Shown one piece after another: positions 1 through 13,266 of a stretch of 64,000 nt of DNA. Within the stretch, counting starts at the first letter, position 1; each line of letters starts with the position of its first letter. The notes under the pieces were generated by a model, which did no database searches, was not told the origin of the DNA, and worked only from the letters and a program-made list of their open reading frames with translations. The position numbers were made by a program, and so were the translations under genes. Origin of the DNA: Octopus bimaculoides (taxonomy: Eukaryota); contig NC_068994.1 in the NCBI RefSeq assembly GCF_001194135.2, forward strand, positions 542,053 through 606,052, written 5' to 3'.

Positions 1-723
1 GTGCACATGGAGAGAGATAGACAGACAGACAGATTTAGACCATGTGCATGCAAGTAGATCTACATGTACATGTGGATAGGTAGATATACACTTATGTAGA
101 AAAGGCATGAACATCCCAACTTCTGTTTCTCAGCTTCCCATTTTGTAAGTTCAAACATCTTGTGTATAAGAAAGAAACCCTTCCATGTCTTTCAAGAATT
201 TTCTTTTCCCATTTGTAAAAGGCATATATACATACATGCATGTATATGTGTGCGTGTGTGTGTCTATTATATATATATATGTGTGTGTATCCATGCAAAT
301 TAATGCTTGTCACTTCAAATTATGTTTAACTATATCAGTCTTAATGTGTGTGTGTGTGTACAAACCGCCCACCCACCCATGCATACACTTTCCTATGATT
401 GATAAGTTGCTTAGTGTCCAGTTGCCATGGTACTCGGTGACCCTGTCTCCCTGCAGCCTCCTCCCTTTTTAACCTTCATTACTGACCCCTTTCAAGCTAG
501 TCTACCACTTACAAATGACCCCTATATAAGGGCTCCTTTCAGCATTTTTAAATTTGTCTCTCTATAAGATTGTTTATGTCTTTGGTGGAAGTGGTGGCAG
601 AGGTCGAGGTGGTGGTAGAGGTGGAGGTGGTGGTGGGATTGAAAGAGATGGATGGAATAGGAGACAGACAGGCAGGCAGCTGGATGGATAAGATAGATAG
701 AGAGACACACATAAATAGAAAGG

Positions 724-755
<32 letters not shown>

Positions 756-906
756 AAACTAGATATAGGTAGATATGTAGATATATATATAGACAAGCAG
801 ATAGATATATATCTGTTACCTTTTACTTATTTCATTCATTAGACTGAGGCCAAGCTGGGGCACGACCTCGAAGAATCTTAGTTCAACAAATCAATCCTTG
901 TACTTA

Positions 907-1674
907 TCTATATATATAAAAATGAGAATGTGTGTCTGTCTGTCTGTCTGTGTGAATCCCTAAAACTCGAGAACTACGCAACCAATTTCAGTCAAATTTT
1001 ACACATGCCTTACTTAGGGTTCCAGTTGTGTTTTAGTCAAAAAAAATTATTAACTTCTTGCAGAGTTCGAGCACACGGCAACATAATATCTCCTCCACTA
1101 TTTAAGTATTACGTGTCAAAAGTGAAACAAAAACACTCATGTCAAATACTTTCACTTTAAAAATGAAACTATTCCACTAACTGAAACAATCACATTTCGA
1201 TACTGTAGTGACAGATACTTTCACAGAGAGAGAAAGAGAGAAAAAGAGAGACAGAAAGAGAGAGNNNNNNNNNNNNNNNNNNNNNNNNNNNNNNNNNNNN
1301 NNNNNNNNNNNNNNNNNNNNNNNNNNNNNNNNNNNNNNNNNNNNNNNNNNNNNNNNNNNGACAACTGTATGTTGGCTGCTCAAGAGTGGGCAGCAACAAA
1401 AAACCTATTTGTATATGCTCAACAAGGGAAAACAAGGAACATAGTTTACAATGAGGTGTTATAATCACAACAGCAAGAAAGTATGTACATGATCACCTTC
1501 TTTTACGAAACTTCATTGACTTTCATATATTTATATTGATATACATATATATACGTGTGTTTGGGTGCGTGTGTGTATATACATCTCTATATATAAAGAT
1601 GATGCGTAGTCTAGACGGCGTTTTTAGATTTCATTATTCTCTTTAACCCGGGCAACGCCGGGTATTTCTGCTAG
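907..1674 (+). mobile_element. Non-autonomous Helitron (composite), inserted into a SINE-like repeat
   Basis: 5' A|TCTATATATATAAAA at 907; 3' hairpin CCCGG-gcaacg-CCGGG (1647-1662) followed by CTAG|T (1671-1674). A|T insertion site with no TSD. The host repeat is continuous across it. Confidence 0.75.
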
Positions 1675-1745
1675 TTGTCTATAAGCTGGGTCCTTTTTCT
1701 TTTAGCTAACCACTAAGTTTTGGACACAAAGACACACACACACGT

Positions 1746-1940
1746 TTATTTATTTCAGTCATTTGACTGCAGCCATGCTGGAGCACTGCCTTTAGTTAAA
1801 CAAATCAACCCCCAAGACTTACTCTTTGTTAGCTTAGTATCGGTCTCCTTTGCCAAACTGCTAAGTTACAGTGGACGTAAACACACCAACATTGGTTGTC
1901 AAGTGATGGGAGGCGGGAACAAACACAGACACACAAATAC
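1746..1940 (+). mobile_element. Interspersed SINE-like repeat family A (tttcagtcatttgactgcggccatgctggagc...gctaagttac...gacaaacacagacacac)
   Basis: Homologous copies in the window at 821-906+1675-1720, 8184-8395, 9470-9570, 27580-27808 (-) and 31881-31930. Boundaries are approximate. Confidence 0.8.
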
Positions 1941-1952
1941 ATGCATACATAA

Positions 1953-1991
<39 letters not shown>

Positions 1992-2208
1992 GATGAATAT
2001 GGTACTTAAGTTGAGGCACCAGAATTTAGTACGGTATTATCCATACAATTTCAAAGTAAGGTAGTTAAAATTACCTTACTTTGATTATATATATATATAT
2101 ACATACGATGTGGTAAGTAGCTTGCTTACCACACAGCTAGTCCTGTGCCTATATATAAATAGAATATATATATGTACATATATGTACATACTTACACACA
2201 TATATATA

Positions 2209-2390
2209 TGCATATATGGATACAGGACGTCACAAAATGTAAACAACATAAAATACGAAAATAACATGAAATACGAAGGCAAACTTGGGTATGCGAAGAA
2301 GAGAAGCAAATGGAAAACGACAAGTAACATAAAGAATGACCCTTCATCAGTTGTCGGCTGTTCATCTACTACACATTTTGAGCATACACC
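2209..2390 (-). mobile_element. Interspersed repeat family G (gccgacaactgatgaaggg...tttacattttgtgacgtcctgta), possibly Penelope-related
   Basis: Clear second copy on + at ~40985-41180. The Penelope assignment is inference only. Confidence 0.6.
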
Positions 2391-2673
2391 ATACTTCTTT
2401 CAGTTTCCATCTACCAAATCCACTCACAAGGCTTTGGTTGACCTGAGGCTATAGTAGAAGATACTTGCCCAAGGTGCCACTCAGTGGGACTGAGCCCGGA
2501 ATCATGTGGTTGGTAGATAAATAGATTGATAGATATAGATTTATATCTGTCTACATATAATTGCATCAAAACATATATTAATACATATACCAACATATAC
2601 ATGCACACACACTTGGATTTCTTGTTGTAAGCATACACACAAATACATGCACATATACACATATATGTATGTA

Positions 2674-2710
<37 letters not shown>

Positions 2711-4476
2711 TTACACATATATATGTATACACACACACACATATATATATATATATAAAATGCACACTGTTTCCTATATATATATTCACTCTAGTTTCTT
2801 GCTGCAAACATACACACACACAGATTCAGTTATTTTATACACATTTCTAACTAATTACACATGTATGTTGCAATGTAGACATAACGAGACAGATGTACGC
2901 CTCTAGCGTTTGGATATATTACGTGCTCTAATGCTCTCTCTCTCTCTCATCTCTATATACACATTGTTCATTTGTACATGTATGCACACACACGCACACA
3001 CACACACATCCTCTTTCATCACTTTTATATATTATATTCTTTATACATTACTGTTCCATTCCCTTGCATCCCCCTCTAAGCACACACATGCACGCACACA
3101 GTAATTTCACATATGTAATATAGTGAGGTTGGAAAGTGTTGACCAGATGTGTTAAAAATCTAAAGATAACAAGCAAGGGACACAACTGCAATGAGATCAG
3201 CTGAGTGCAATATTCCAGCAATAGAGACCAAGATAGACGGAAAGATTGGATCTGGTTTGGTGGTTTGTCTCTCCATCCTTCTTACTACACCCAATACACA
3301 CATGACCACCACTCCTCTACTCTGCTGCTATCATACACTGCTATATTACCAACACTACCACAACCAATCTACAGTCATGTCCTCACACCACTGCATGCTT
3401 CTATCTCCTCTACACACAGCCCCTCCTAGACCCTATCCTTCCCTCACCCAAACTTCTTCCCTAAAATAACTCCATAAGCCCTATTTACAAAGAGATAATG
3501 GATTTTCTCTCCCACCCAACCCAACCCTACTCTGCCACACCCACTTTTCCAATGAAGTATGGAAGCCCTTATCAGGCTCACAACATTTATTGCCACAACA
3601 CTCTTCCATACTTACTACATGTACTGACTTGCATTGCACTAGCAACATGTGTGTGTGTGTAATGGTGTGCATTGACATGGATGTGTATGTCTGTACACAC
3701 ACACACACACACAGGTATTTCTTTCTATATGCTTGTGGTCTGTATATGCAGATATACATATGTGTGCGTGTGTATAGATGCACCAATAGGTAAATATACT
3801 TTCATGTCCAAAAGACCCAAGTAAATATTCAAATATTCATATAAACACACAGGTGCGTGTACACACACACACACTTAGCAACATCTCATGAAAATGAAAA
3901 GAAAAAAACTTTATTAAATTTTTTGCTTTGTATTTTGTTGGGTGTTACTGTGATGGTGGAAGAAGTTTAATCAAGACCTGATGGTAGCGACGGTGGGAGT
4001 GAAGTTGAAGGTGGAGCAATGTTTGTGTTAGAATAATGAAGATTAGATTTACCAGGCAAATATTGGATCACAGGTTGATGGGGGTGGGAGGAGCTGTTGG
4101 TCTTTCGTATGTGTATATTGGTTTATATGTGGGTGTGTGTATATGTATATATATATATATATATATATGCATTTACAAAATCTACAAATAAAGGATATAT
4201 GTGTGTGTGTATATATATATATGTGTGTGTGTGTACGTATATGTGTTCATGTGTGTATATATATGTATCTATGTGTGTGTATGCATATATATGTAATGTA
4301 TGTGTTTGTACATCAATTTTCCAACACAACTGGAATAAATATTGTAAAAAAAAGAAAGAAGAGAACGTTTCCATCCCACACCATGTCACGAAAGGAACGA
4401 GAGAAAATAGCATAGATTGGGGGGTTTGAAAAGAATGTTGGGTGGGGGTGGGGTACTGTGTTAGTGTTAGAACCAT

Positions 4477-4490
4477 GTTTCCATGGCAAC
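4477..4490. promoter_or_regulatory. RFX X-box-like palindrome GTTTCCATGGCAAC
   Basis: 13/14 match to the canonical GTTGCCATGGCAAC, ~0.9 kb upstream of the first coding exon. Function is unproven. Confidence 0.3.
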
Positions 4491-5024
4491 ACAGGTAGGA
4501 TGGTTTGCCACAGTTTGGACATTTTCATAATGTTCCAATAACAGTTTGTACAAGTGAATGTCTTCCCTGCTGCAGGTATTAAACTTATGTGGTGCTGGTG
4601 GTGGTGTTGGGACCTGTCCTTTGCTTTACACATAGATAACAGTGATCTCCCTTGGCTAGATAATGTTGATCACTTTAGAAAGCCCTCTGCCCTTCATCCA
4701 AGGCCTTGCTCTTCGAGTTAGTAAACCAGATATTGCTTTAAATTCTATTCTAATCATATTTCTCTTAAAATACTCTACTTGTGTGCTTCAAGCAATTTGG
4801 AAAATTATGGAGAATTTGGAAAGATTCAGTGAAGTAAGTCTTTCATTATTAAGTTGGCGTATGGAACATAACAAAAACCACAATTATTCTGAGATGTTCT
4901 AATTTTCGTAGAATCATTTCAAATTTAGGGGCTTTGTATGATACTGAGAGAGAATGTCAAGCTGATATCAGAATCTTCAACCATACTCTCCTCTTCCCCT
5001 AAACCAGACCCTAACAATATCATG

Positions 5025-5068
<44 letters not shown>

Positions 5069-5425
5069 AACAGTGAAAATGAGTGCTCAACACCACACTG
5101 GTGGATAAATATTCTTTATTTGAAGGTTAACAAGTCTATCCTGTTTTCATTGGAAGAGATTTTCACAATTTCTCAAGCATGCCGCATGGAAGTGTATTCA
5201 TTTTCATTTGGGAATAGGAATCCTGTTCACTCTCATGTAATTTCATGTATTCCCCTTCAAAATGGAGATGAGTACCAACACTTCCACATGACATGCTTGA
5301 ACAATTGTGAAGATATTTTCACATAAAACAATTGGTAGCTTTAGGGTATGTATATATATATATTTATATTCACAGTTGTGATTAAAATGTTTTTCTCTCT
5401 AATCCAGATTACTACATTGACCAGA

Positions 5426-5504
5426 ATGGATCTTCAGAAAAAAATATTCTGGATTCCCTATATACTACAGTGGTGCCACCTATTTGCACTGTGCCTTGCC
5501 AAAG
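5426..5504 (+). CDS. FGFRL1: FGFRL1 coding exon 1: signal peptide MDLQKKIFWIPYILQWCHLFALCLAK(G)
   Basis: Acceptor ...tttttctctctaatccag| ends at 5407; ATG at 5426; strong donor AAG|GTAAGT at 5505. The exon is 79 nt (phase 1) and joins 42741 to give AK-G-PP (human AR-G-PP). Basic n-region, hydrophobic h-region and C-L-A cleavage motif are present. Confidence 0.8.
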
Positions 5505-7816
5505 GTAAGTCGCCTTCCTTCCTCTCTTCCTTTTGTTATTCTACACAATGTGAGCAGGGCATTGCCCATAGCCATCTAAAAGAAAGTTGACATGAGTGAT
5601 ATTAATGTGTTATATTCTTGGCAATAATATTTGTTAATTCTCCTCAAGTCCCCACTTAACTGCTGTAAAGTGTTTTGTCACCAACAACAAATATATTTTT
5701 GCTGTCCATAAACCATAAAACAGTGAACAGAGATCAGAGATGTTGTGATCTCTGTGAAATAACCTGAGGTATTAAGGGATTTAAGGCTTAGACAAGTCTC
5801 TCCATTCACTGCCCCCAACACCTACATATTCTGTAATAATGGGATAAACTGAATAGAAAATGGATTAACACACGACTTTATTATCATTATAATCAGACGT
5901 GTGTGTGTGTGTGTGTGCATGTGCATATATATANNNNNNNNNNNNNNNNNNNNNNNNNNNNNNNNNNNNNNNNNNNNNNNNNNNNNNNNNNNNNNNNNNN
6001 NNNNNNNNNNNNNNNNNNNNNNNNNNNNNNNNNNNNNNNNNNNNNNNNNNNNNNNNNNNNNNNNNNNNNNNNNNNNNNNNNNNNNNNNNNNNNNNNNNNN
6101 NNNNNNNNNNNNNNNNNNNNNNNNNNNNNNNNNNNNNNNNNNNNNNNNNNNNNNNNNNNNNNNNNNNNNNNNNNNNNNNNNNNNNNNNNNNNNNNNNNNN
6201 NNNNNNNNNNNNNNNNNNNNNNNNNNNNNNNNNNNNNNNNNNNNNNNNNNNNNNNNNNNNNNNNNNNNNNNNNNNNNNNNNNNNNNNNNNNNNNNNNNNN
6301 NNNNNNNNNNNNNNNNNNNNNNNNNNNNNNNNNNNNNNNNNNNNNNNNNNNNNNNNNNNNNNNNNNNNNNNNNNNNNNNNNNNNNNNNNNNNTATATATA
6401 TATATATATATATATATATGGATGGACGTGTGTGTATGTATATGTATATCTATGCATATGCAAATATATCATATACATGTGAATGTGGATATGCCTATGT
6501 ATATATGTGTGTGTGTATATATATATCATGTATTCATATATATGAATGTATGTATATATATGCTTATATATCATATGTGGAATGAAGGCGTTTCCCATTG
6601 CTTTCCTATGCCAAAATCCTTGATCAACACAAGATTACAGTAGAAGCCCCTTGACCCCTGCTGGCATACAATGGAATCAAACCTGGAACCACAGACTTGT
6701 TTGTCCAGCCATTCCTGCAAGGCATTGTTACCGTTCTTGAAGAGTTGGCTATAAATCACCTGAAACCAATAACAGAGAAATAATATTGGAAAACCTGTGA
6801 AAAATGAGAACCTGTCTGCAGTTGCATTGTGGGAAGGCTGGCTGGTCGGAAAGGATCCATTAGTTGTCATTTTAGGAAACAGACGCACTTAACGCTCGTT
6901 AACATTTAATGCAACACTTGCAACAACAGTGCACATGGCAACATGACTGTATTGAGTACAGACACAGACAGAACTGCTCCACCCAGAAACAGCTGAGGAA
7001 GGGGTGGAAGGGGGTGGAAACTGATCAGTAAACCTGGGGGTAACCAACACTGCCCCCACCTACCCAGCCAAGCATCTTCAGAACCACACTCTTGTCTGTA
7101 CTAAAGGTCATCCATTGACCTTTATCACCCCACCACCACCTCCCTCTACACATTTAGCATTTCCTTTCACCCTGCTTGACCTCTCCTTGCTTTAGTGCAT
7201 TGTGTCTGAGGTGGTGCTAATGGTGGTGGTGGTGCTGCTGCTGATGGTGGTGGTGGAGGTGGTGGGTGAAAAACCATGGTGATGATGATGATGAGAAGGA
7301 TGACAGCAATATTTGTCTTTGTGGAAACAGAAGCATCACCACCATCACCACCACCACCATCGTCAATTCCATTGTAGGTCTTCATTTGTAAATATCTTAT
7401 TTCTGAACTACGGTTTCCAAAGCATGTTAAGGCCCTTAGTGTATACCCCCACCACTCTTCTGTCATGAAGACCCCCCCCACTTAATGTCCCAATCGCCCC
7501 CCCCCCAACCTCCTTACACTCTACAACTGGTTATAAACCATTAACAATTAACATCAATTATAATTAACTATTAATTTGCTAATTTATTCCACACCTAGTT
7601 ATAGATGATTAACATCGTTTGTTAAAATTAATGATATTCAATGGAAATTATCAACTTTTTATTATCTCTTCAAAGAATAATTTAGTAAATAACTTAATTA
7701 TGAAGTTTAATTATTTAAAAGTAAGAAAAGAGATGAGAGAATTGTTCAAGAGCGGGACACCATCAGCAGGTTTTGTATTTAATTTTCTGTTGCAAATGTA
7801 GTTTAAAGGATACCTG

Positions 7817-8118
7817 AGAGTGAGTGAGAGAGAGAGAGAGAGTATGAGAGATAGAGTGTGTGTGAAAGAGAGAGAGAGAAAGAGACAAATAGAGAGTATG
7901 AGAGAGAAAGAGTGTGTGTGTGAAAGAGAGAGAGAGAGACAAATGGAAAGTGTGAAAGAGAGAGAGAGAGACAAATAGAGAGTATGAGAGAGAGAGTGTG
8001 TGTGAAAGAGAGAGAGAGAGAGACAAGTGTCCACTTGGCAGTTTTTCATCACTTTTACCCTTTTAACACTTTCTCATTTCTTTTACCCTAATATAAATGG
8101 CAAAATGTACAGACACTA

Positions 8119-8172
<54 letters not shown>
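7817..8172. repeat. Higher-order (GA/GT) compound minisatellite plus (TC)n
   Basis: Recurrent unit gagagagacaaatagagagtatgagagag..gtgtgtgtgaaa across 7817-8025; pure (TC)n at ~8124-8172. Confidence 0.9.
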
Positions 8173-8177
<5 letters not shown>

Positions 8178-8428
8178 ATATTCTTTTACTCATTTATTTG
8201 TTTCAGTCATTTGACTGTGGCCATGCTGGAGTACCGCCTTTAGTCAGACAAATCAACCCCAGAACATGTTCTTTGTAAGCCTAGTACTTATTCTATCGGT
8301 CATTTTTGCCAAACTGTTAAGTTACGGGAACGCAGACACACCAACATCAGTTGTCAAGCGATGGTGGGGGGACAAACACAGACACACAAACTTATACATA
8401 TATATGTGTGTATAAAGATTGTCATACC

Positions 8429-8468
8429 GGCCATGACGAAGGGAAATAGCCCTGAAACTCGAGTCGCC
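8429..8468 (+). ncRNA. Minimal type-I hammerhead-like motif (variant core)
   Basis: GGC-ca-TGACGA-AGGG-aaatag-CCCT-GAAA-C-tcga-G-T-C/-GCC: stems I, II and III all pair, GUC cleavage triplet, one extra nt in the core (CAUGACGA). Confidence 0.6.
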
Positions 8469-9277
8469 TTTATATATATATATTTATATTTATATATTTA
8501 TATATTTGATCCTTTATATTGAACACTCAATATTTCATCTACATTCAATACTTTATTTCATGGTGCCATCCATTTTTATTTTATTTTATATTATATATTG
8601 TATATTATATTATATATTGTATATTCCATATTCTATACCCCACATTAGTTCTGCAGGAATATAAATAAAACATAAAAAACAGACAGTGTTGGAACTCTTT
8701 TAAGCAAAATAATATATTCCTCTATACACAATCATACAAAAAAATCCACCTTTTTTTGTATTTATTTTTACTCGCATATATCAAATCAGACTGGAGCCTG
8801 GTGTTGCCATCCGGTTTCACCAGTCCTCAGTCAAATCGTCCAACCCATGCTAGCATGGAAAGCGGACGTTAAACGATGATGATGATGATGATATATATAT
8901 ATATATTTACAATGGGTTTCTTTGAGTTTCTGTCTACCCAATCAACTCTCAAGGCTTTGGTCAGCCCAAGGCTATAGCAGAAGACACTTGCCCAAGGTGC
9001 CACATATAAAGTTTCAAATGGAAAGAGGTTACTCTTTCACAGGGGTGTATTCTATCCAAACATACACCGGTTTAGCTCCATATCGATTAATATACTTGGA
9101 ATTCATTAATTTGTGTTAGTAGTAGTGTTAACACTTATGAAGTTCCATTTGTCATTATAGATGTTTTCATCCATTCAGTATAGGGGAATAAAATTTTAGT
9201 AACATAATATAAGGAAAATGGAGAGACTCAACACAGAAAAAAAAAAATCAATTTATTTAGATAATAGTCAATTTCAT

Positions 9278-9368
9278 ATTGCCTACGTACGTTTCAATTT
9301 CTTACCTTCATATTTTGCAATTAAGATTGCATTATGTACTTAAAAGGTAAAAATCTCTTCAGGGCCAA
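9278..9368 (-). ncRNA. Type-I hammerhead-like motif with canonical core
   Basis: Minus strand reads TTGGCC-CTGAAGA-GATTTTTACCTT...TGCAAT-ctta-ATTGCA...AAGGTAAGAAATT-GAAA-C-gtac-G-T-A/-GGCAAT. Palindromic stem III (ACGTACGT), GUA triplet. Confidence 0.72.
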
Positions 9369-9720
9369 AATTGACAAATATTCGCTTACATCCTAATGGA
9401 AGGAGAGTTGCTTACCAACTGAAATAGAAGCATGTGATTGTGTGTCTGTCTTTTGGATTCCTGGCGGCAGCGGCTTATTCTATAGGTCTCTTTTGCCAAC
9501 CTGCTAAGTTATCGGGACGTTAACACACCAGCATCAGTGTCAAGTGATGGTAGAGGGATAACACAGACACAGTGGGACTGAACCCAGAACCATGTGATTG
9601 GGAGGCAAGCTGCTTACCACACAGCCACTCCTGCACCTATACAGAGAGAGAGAGAGTGTGATAGATATAGTTAGATATAGATATTGATGTGTATGTATGT
9701 ATATATGTATGTGTGTGTGA

Positions 9721-9756
<36 letters not shown>

Positions 9757-9777
9757 ATATACATACATACATGTGTG

Positions 9778-9824
<47 letters not shown>

Positions 9825-10923
9825 NNNNNNNNNNNNNNNNNNNNNNNNNNNNNNNNNNNNNNNNNNNNNNNNNNNNNNNNNNNNNNNNNNNNNNNNNNNN
9901 NNNNNNNNNNNNNNNNNNNNNNNNNNNNNNNNNNNNNNNNNNNNNNNNNNNNNNNNNNNNNNNNNNNNNNNNNNNNNNNNNNNNNNNNNNNNNNNNNNNN
10001 NNNNNNNNNNNNNNNNNNNNNNNNNNNNNNNNNNNNNNNNNNNNNNNNNNNNNNNNNNNNNNNNNNNNNNNNNNNNNNNNNNNNNNNNNNNNNNNNNNNN
10101 NNNNNNNNNNNNNNNNNNNNNNNNNNNNNNNNNNNNNNNNNNNNNNNNNNNNNNNNNNNNNNNNNNNNNNNNNNNNNNNNNNNNNNNNNNNNNNNNNNNN
10201 NNNNNNNNNNNNNNNNNNNNNNNNNNNNNNNNNNNNNNNNNNNNNNNNNNNNNNNNNNNNNNNNNNNNNNNNNNNNNNNNNNNNNNNNNNNNNNNNNNNN
10301 NNNNNNNNNNNNNNNNNNNNNNNNNNNNNNNNNNNNNNNNNCTTTTCAGACTTTAGCTCAGCAAGATCACTGATCCTAGTAAATGGCTTCTTTTGTTTGG
10401 TCTGTTCTATGGCTTCCTGGATGTGGCATACATTGGGGGCGGCCAGAGGAGGCGGAGGTGGAGGGATACATATATAAGGAGAGAGGGTGATAGCTGTGTG
10501 TGTATATACGTATGTGTATGTATGTATGTAGGCTGTGGAATTAGATGGTGTTGGTGCTGATATCTGAAAAGAGAGGAAAGAAGTGCTCAATGCTGAGTGT
10601 ACAGGCAGAGGAGAATGAGAGAGGTGAGGGATATGTGGTGGTGTTTAGTCCCAGGCCAGTCTTGGTCCAGCAGACCTACAATCAAAGGTGTTCCAGCCAT
10701 GACCATCTTTATTTTTGCGTATCAAAACCCAACAATGGTGATGGTGGTAGTGGTGGTGGTGTTTAGACTGAAATGGTGTTAGAGGCTATATGAACAATGG
10801 TTATCATTATATACAGGGTTAGAGATTATGAACTGTATTGAAGACAATGGCTTTATGGTATATAATGGGGGTGGGGGAGAGTGTATAATATATATACGTG
10901 TATATATGTATGTATGTATATAC

Positions 10924-10990
<67 letters not shown>

Positions 10991-12262
10991 TATATGTGTG
11001 TTGTGTAGCATCTATATTATAGTGTGTAGTTTACAGTGTGTATATATAGTGTAGCATGGTGTAATATATGTGGGGGAGGGAGAGAGAGAAAGAGTATATC
11101 TGCACTTGTGTTGTCATATATGTGTATGTATATACTATATATGTGTTTGTGTGTGTGTGCACATATCTGCATATATCCCTTATCTCTGTATGTATGTGTG
11201 TGTATGTGTATATCTGTATATCTACAAACACCACATGTATACATATGTGTGTATTATATGAAAGAATGTGACAGAGATATGGAGGTGATAACGCAAAACA
11301 AAAGGTGGAGGCAATGGTTTTGTGTGTATATATGTGTATATAGATATGGTTGTTTGTGAGCACAAATGTGTTCCTGTGTGTGTCTGTGTATATATAGGTG
11401 TGTTTGCAATGGCTCTCTACTGTGTAGGTGTGTATAAAAACATATTTTAGTGTGTGTGTGTGTATTGTTGTGAAGAATCAGTGGTGAAAATAAAGACCGG
11501 CTGTGATTGTAGTTTGGTTTGAGTCCAATATCGGATTGCTTGGATTAGAATGGATCTATTGAAGGTTTGTGTGGAGATAAAAGAACAATATCCCCTCCTC
11601 CCCAACACCCCTGCGTAGATTGGATAGTGACGAGGGGTGGAGGGACAGTGTTAGCTATAGTTGGGGCTTTATTAGCAACACTTTCATTCAGGGTTCAAGC
11701 CTTATCACTGCAACCAAGTTTATTTGTTTAGGTTTTGTAAACAATGACGAACCCATAACTGCCTGAAGGTGTTAGCTATTCAGTCATTCGTTAATCATCA
11801 TCACCTTCATTCAAACATCAATGTTCCGTGCTGGTATGGGTTGGACACTTTGACAAGAACCACTGGGTCCAAGGACTGCATTGTGATCCAGGGTCTGCTT
11901 TATTATGGTTTCTATGGTTTGCTGTCCTTCCTAACCCCTTTCTAGCATGAACTGGGTGCTTTTTTTTTCCATCGCACCAGCACTAGGGAGGTCGCCATGC
12001 AGTTCACTGGACTACAAACTTTGAGGTAGGTGGTGGGGAGGTCAGTTTCATGCTAGGGGATGAGGGGGTTACTATTAGAGGTGGTGAGCAGAGAAGGTTC
12101 CTGCACAGGAACATTTGACCCCACTGAATGGAGCTCCTTGTCATCTGGACCTGTTCAAAGTAACATCATGAACCCTAGAACACCAGGCGTTGTTATACAC
12201 TGCCTGCAGAGCCCTTCACATTGTAGTGGACACCACTCCTTAAACTACTTGATCCTCTACAC

Positions 12263-12577
12263 CAAGGGTTCTCAACCATTTTCTATCTATGGACCCCCTT
12301 TGATTGCTCTTTTATTCTGGTGGTCCCCCATAGCCATTCGATGTTTGAAATCTAGTTTTATAGAAACTTCATTCAAAATTTCTGTTTTGTCTTTTCACAC
12401 AGTGTGTGGGCTGAACTATGTAAAACGGTTAAACACCTCGCTGCTTCTTGCACTACATACATCTAAAGCAAAAGTTTTTGCAGGGGCCCGTAAAATACTA
12501 TTGTGGTTCCCTCAATTTACTATTTTGTTGTGTGGACCCCCCCAAAATCTTATATGGTCCCTGGTTGAGAGACACTG
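12263..12577. mobile_element. hAT (Charlie-like) MITE, 315 bp
   Basis: TIRs caagggttctcaacc (12263-12277) and ggttgagagacactg (12563-12577). 8-bp TSD ctctacac / ctctacat (7/8 identical). Confidence 0.85.
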
Positions 12578-13217
12578 CTCTACATTAAACTAGAATATCA
12601 CACACATAGTCAATTGAGGCTGAGCCCTCCCAAGGCCCTCCATGGAGCATTAGTCCTATTGTTGACTCGATAACACTCTGAGGATTCCAGGGCAGAGTCT
12701 GTAGGAGATGTGTGAGAGAGTACCAGTGCTGTTGTTTGGGGTATTTTGGAGTACTTTGTAGTCCCTTGTACTATATATACACATATATACAGATAGCTAG
12801 GCAGAAGACAGCAAGAGAAAGTGAGTGAGTGGTATTAAATAGATATAAATATTTACAGAGAGAGTGAATAAAAGTGGAGAGAACCCATCTCCACCCCTAA
12901 CTGTAGGGTGTTGCCCCCCCTTCACCCATCACCACCATCTCCAAACTATGTAAAGGTCAAGAGATGTGTCATGAAAGGGAACAACTTTACTGTCTGTTAT
13001 TTTTCTTACACCCTGCCACTCCTATCATAATAATAGACTATTCCACATTGTGTTCCAAGCATAAACATTCTCATATGCACGCATACACACAGACACATAC
13101 ATACATATCCACATTACATATGCAGCCATAGGTAAACATACCTATATAAACAAAAACATATATATATACATACGCACACATATGTACATATGTACACATG
13201 CACATTCATACACACAT

Positions 13218-13266
<49 letters not shown>

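Noticed and set aside
7395-7470. Minus-strand CAGAAGA…GAAACCGTAGTT hammerhead-like string
   Set aside because: The core is mutated and stems I and II do not pair convincingly.
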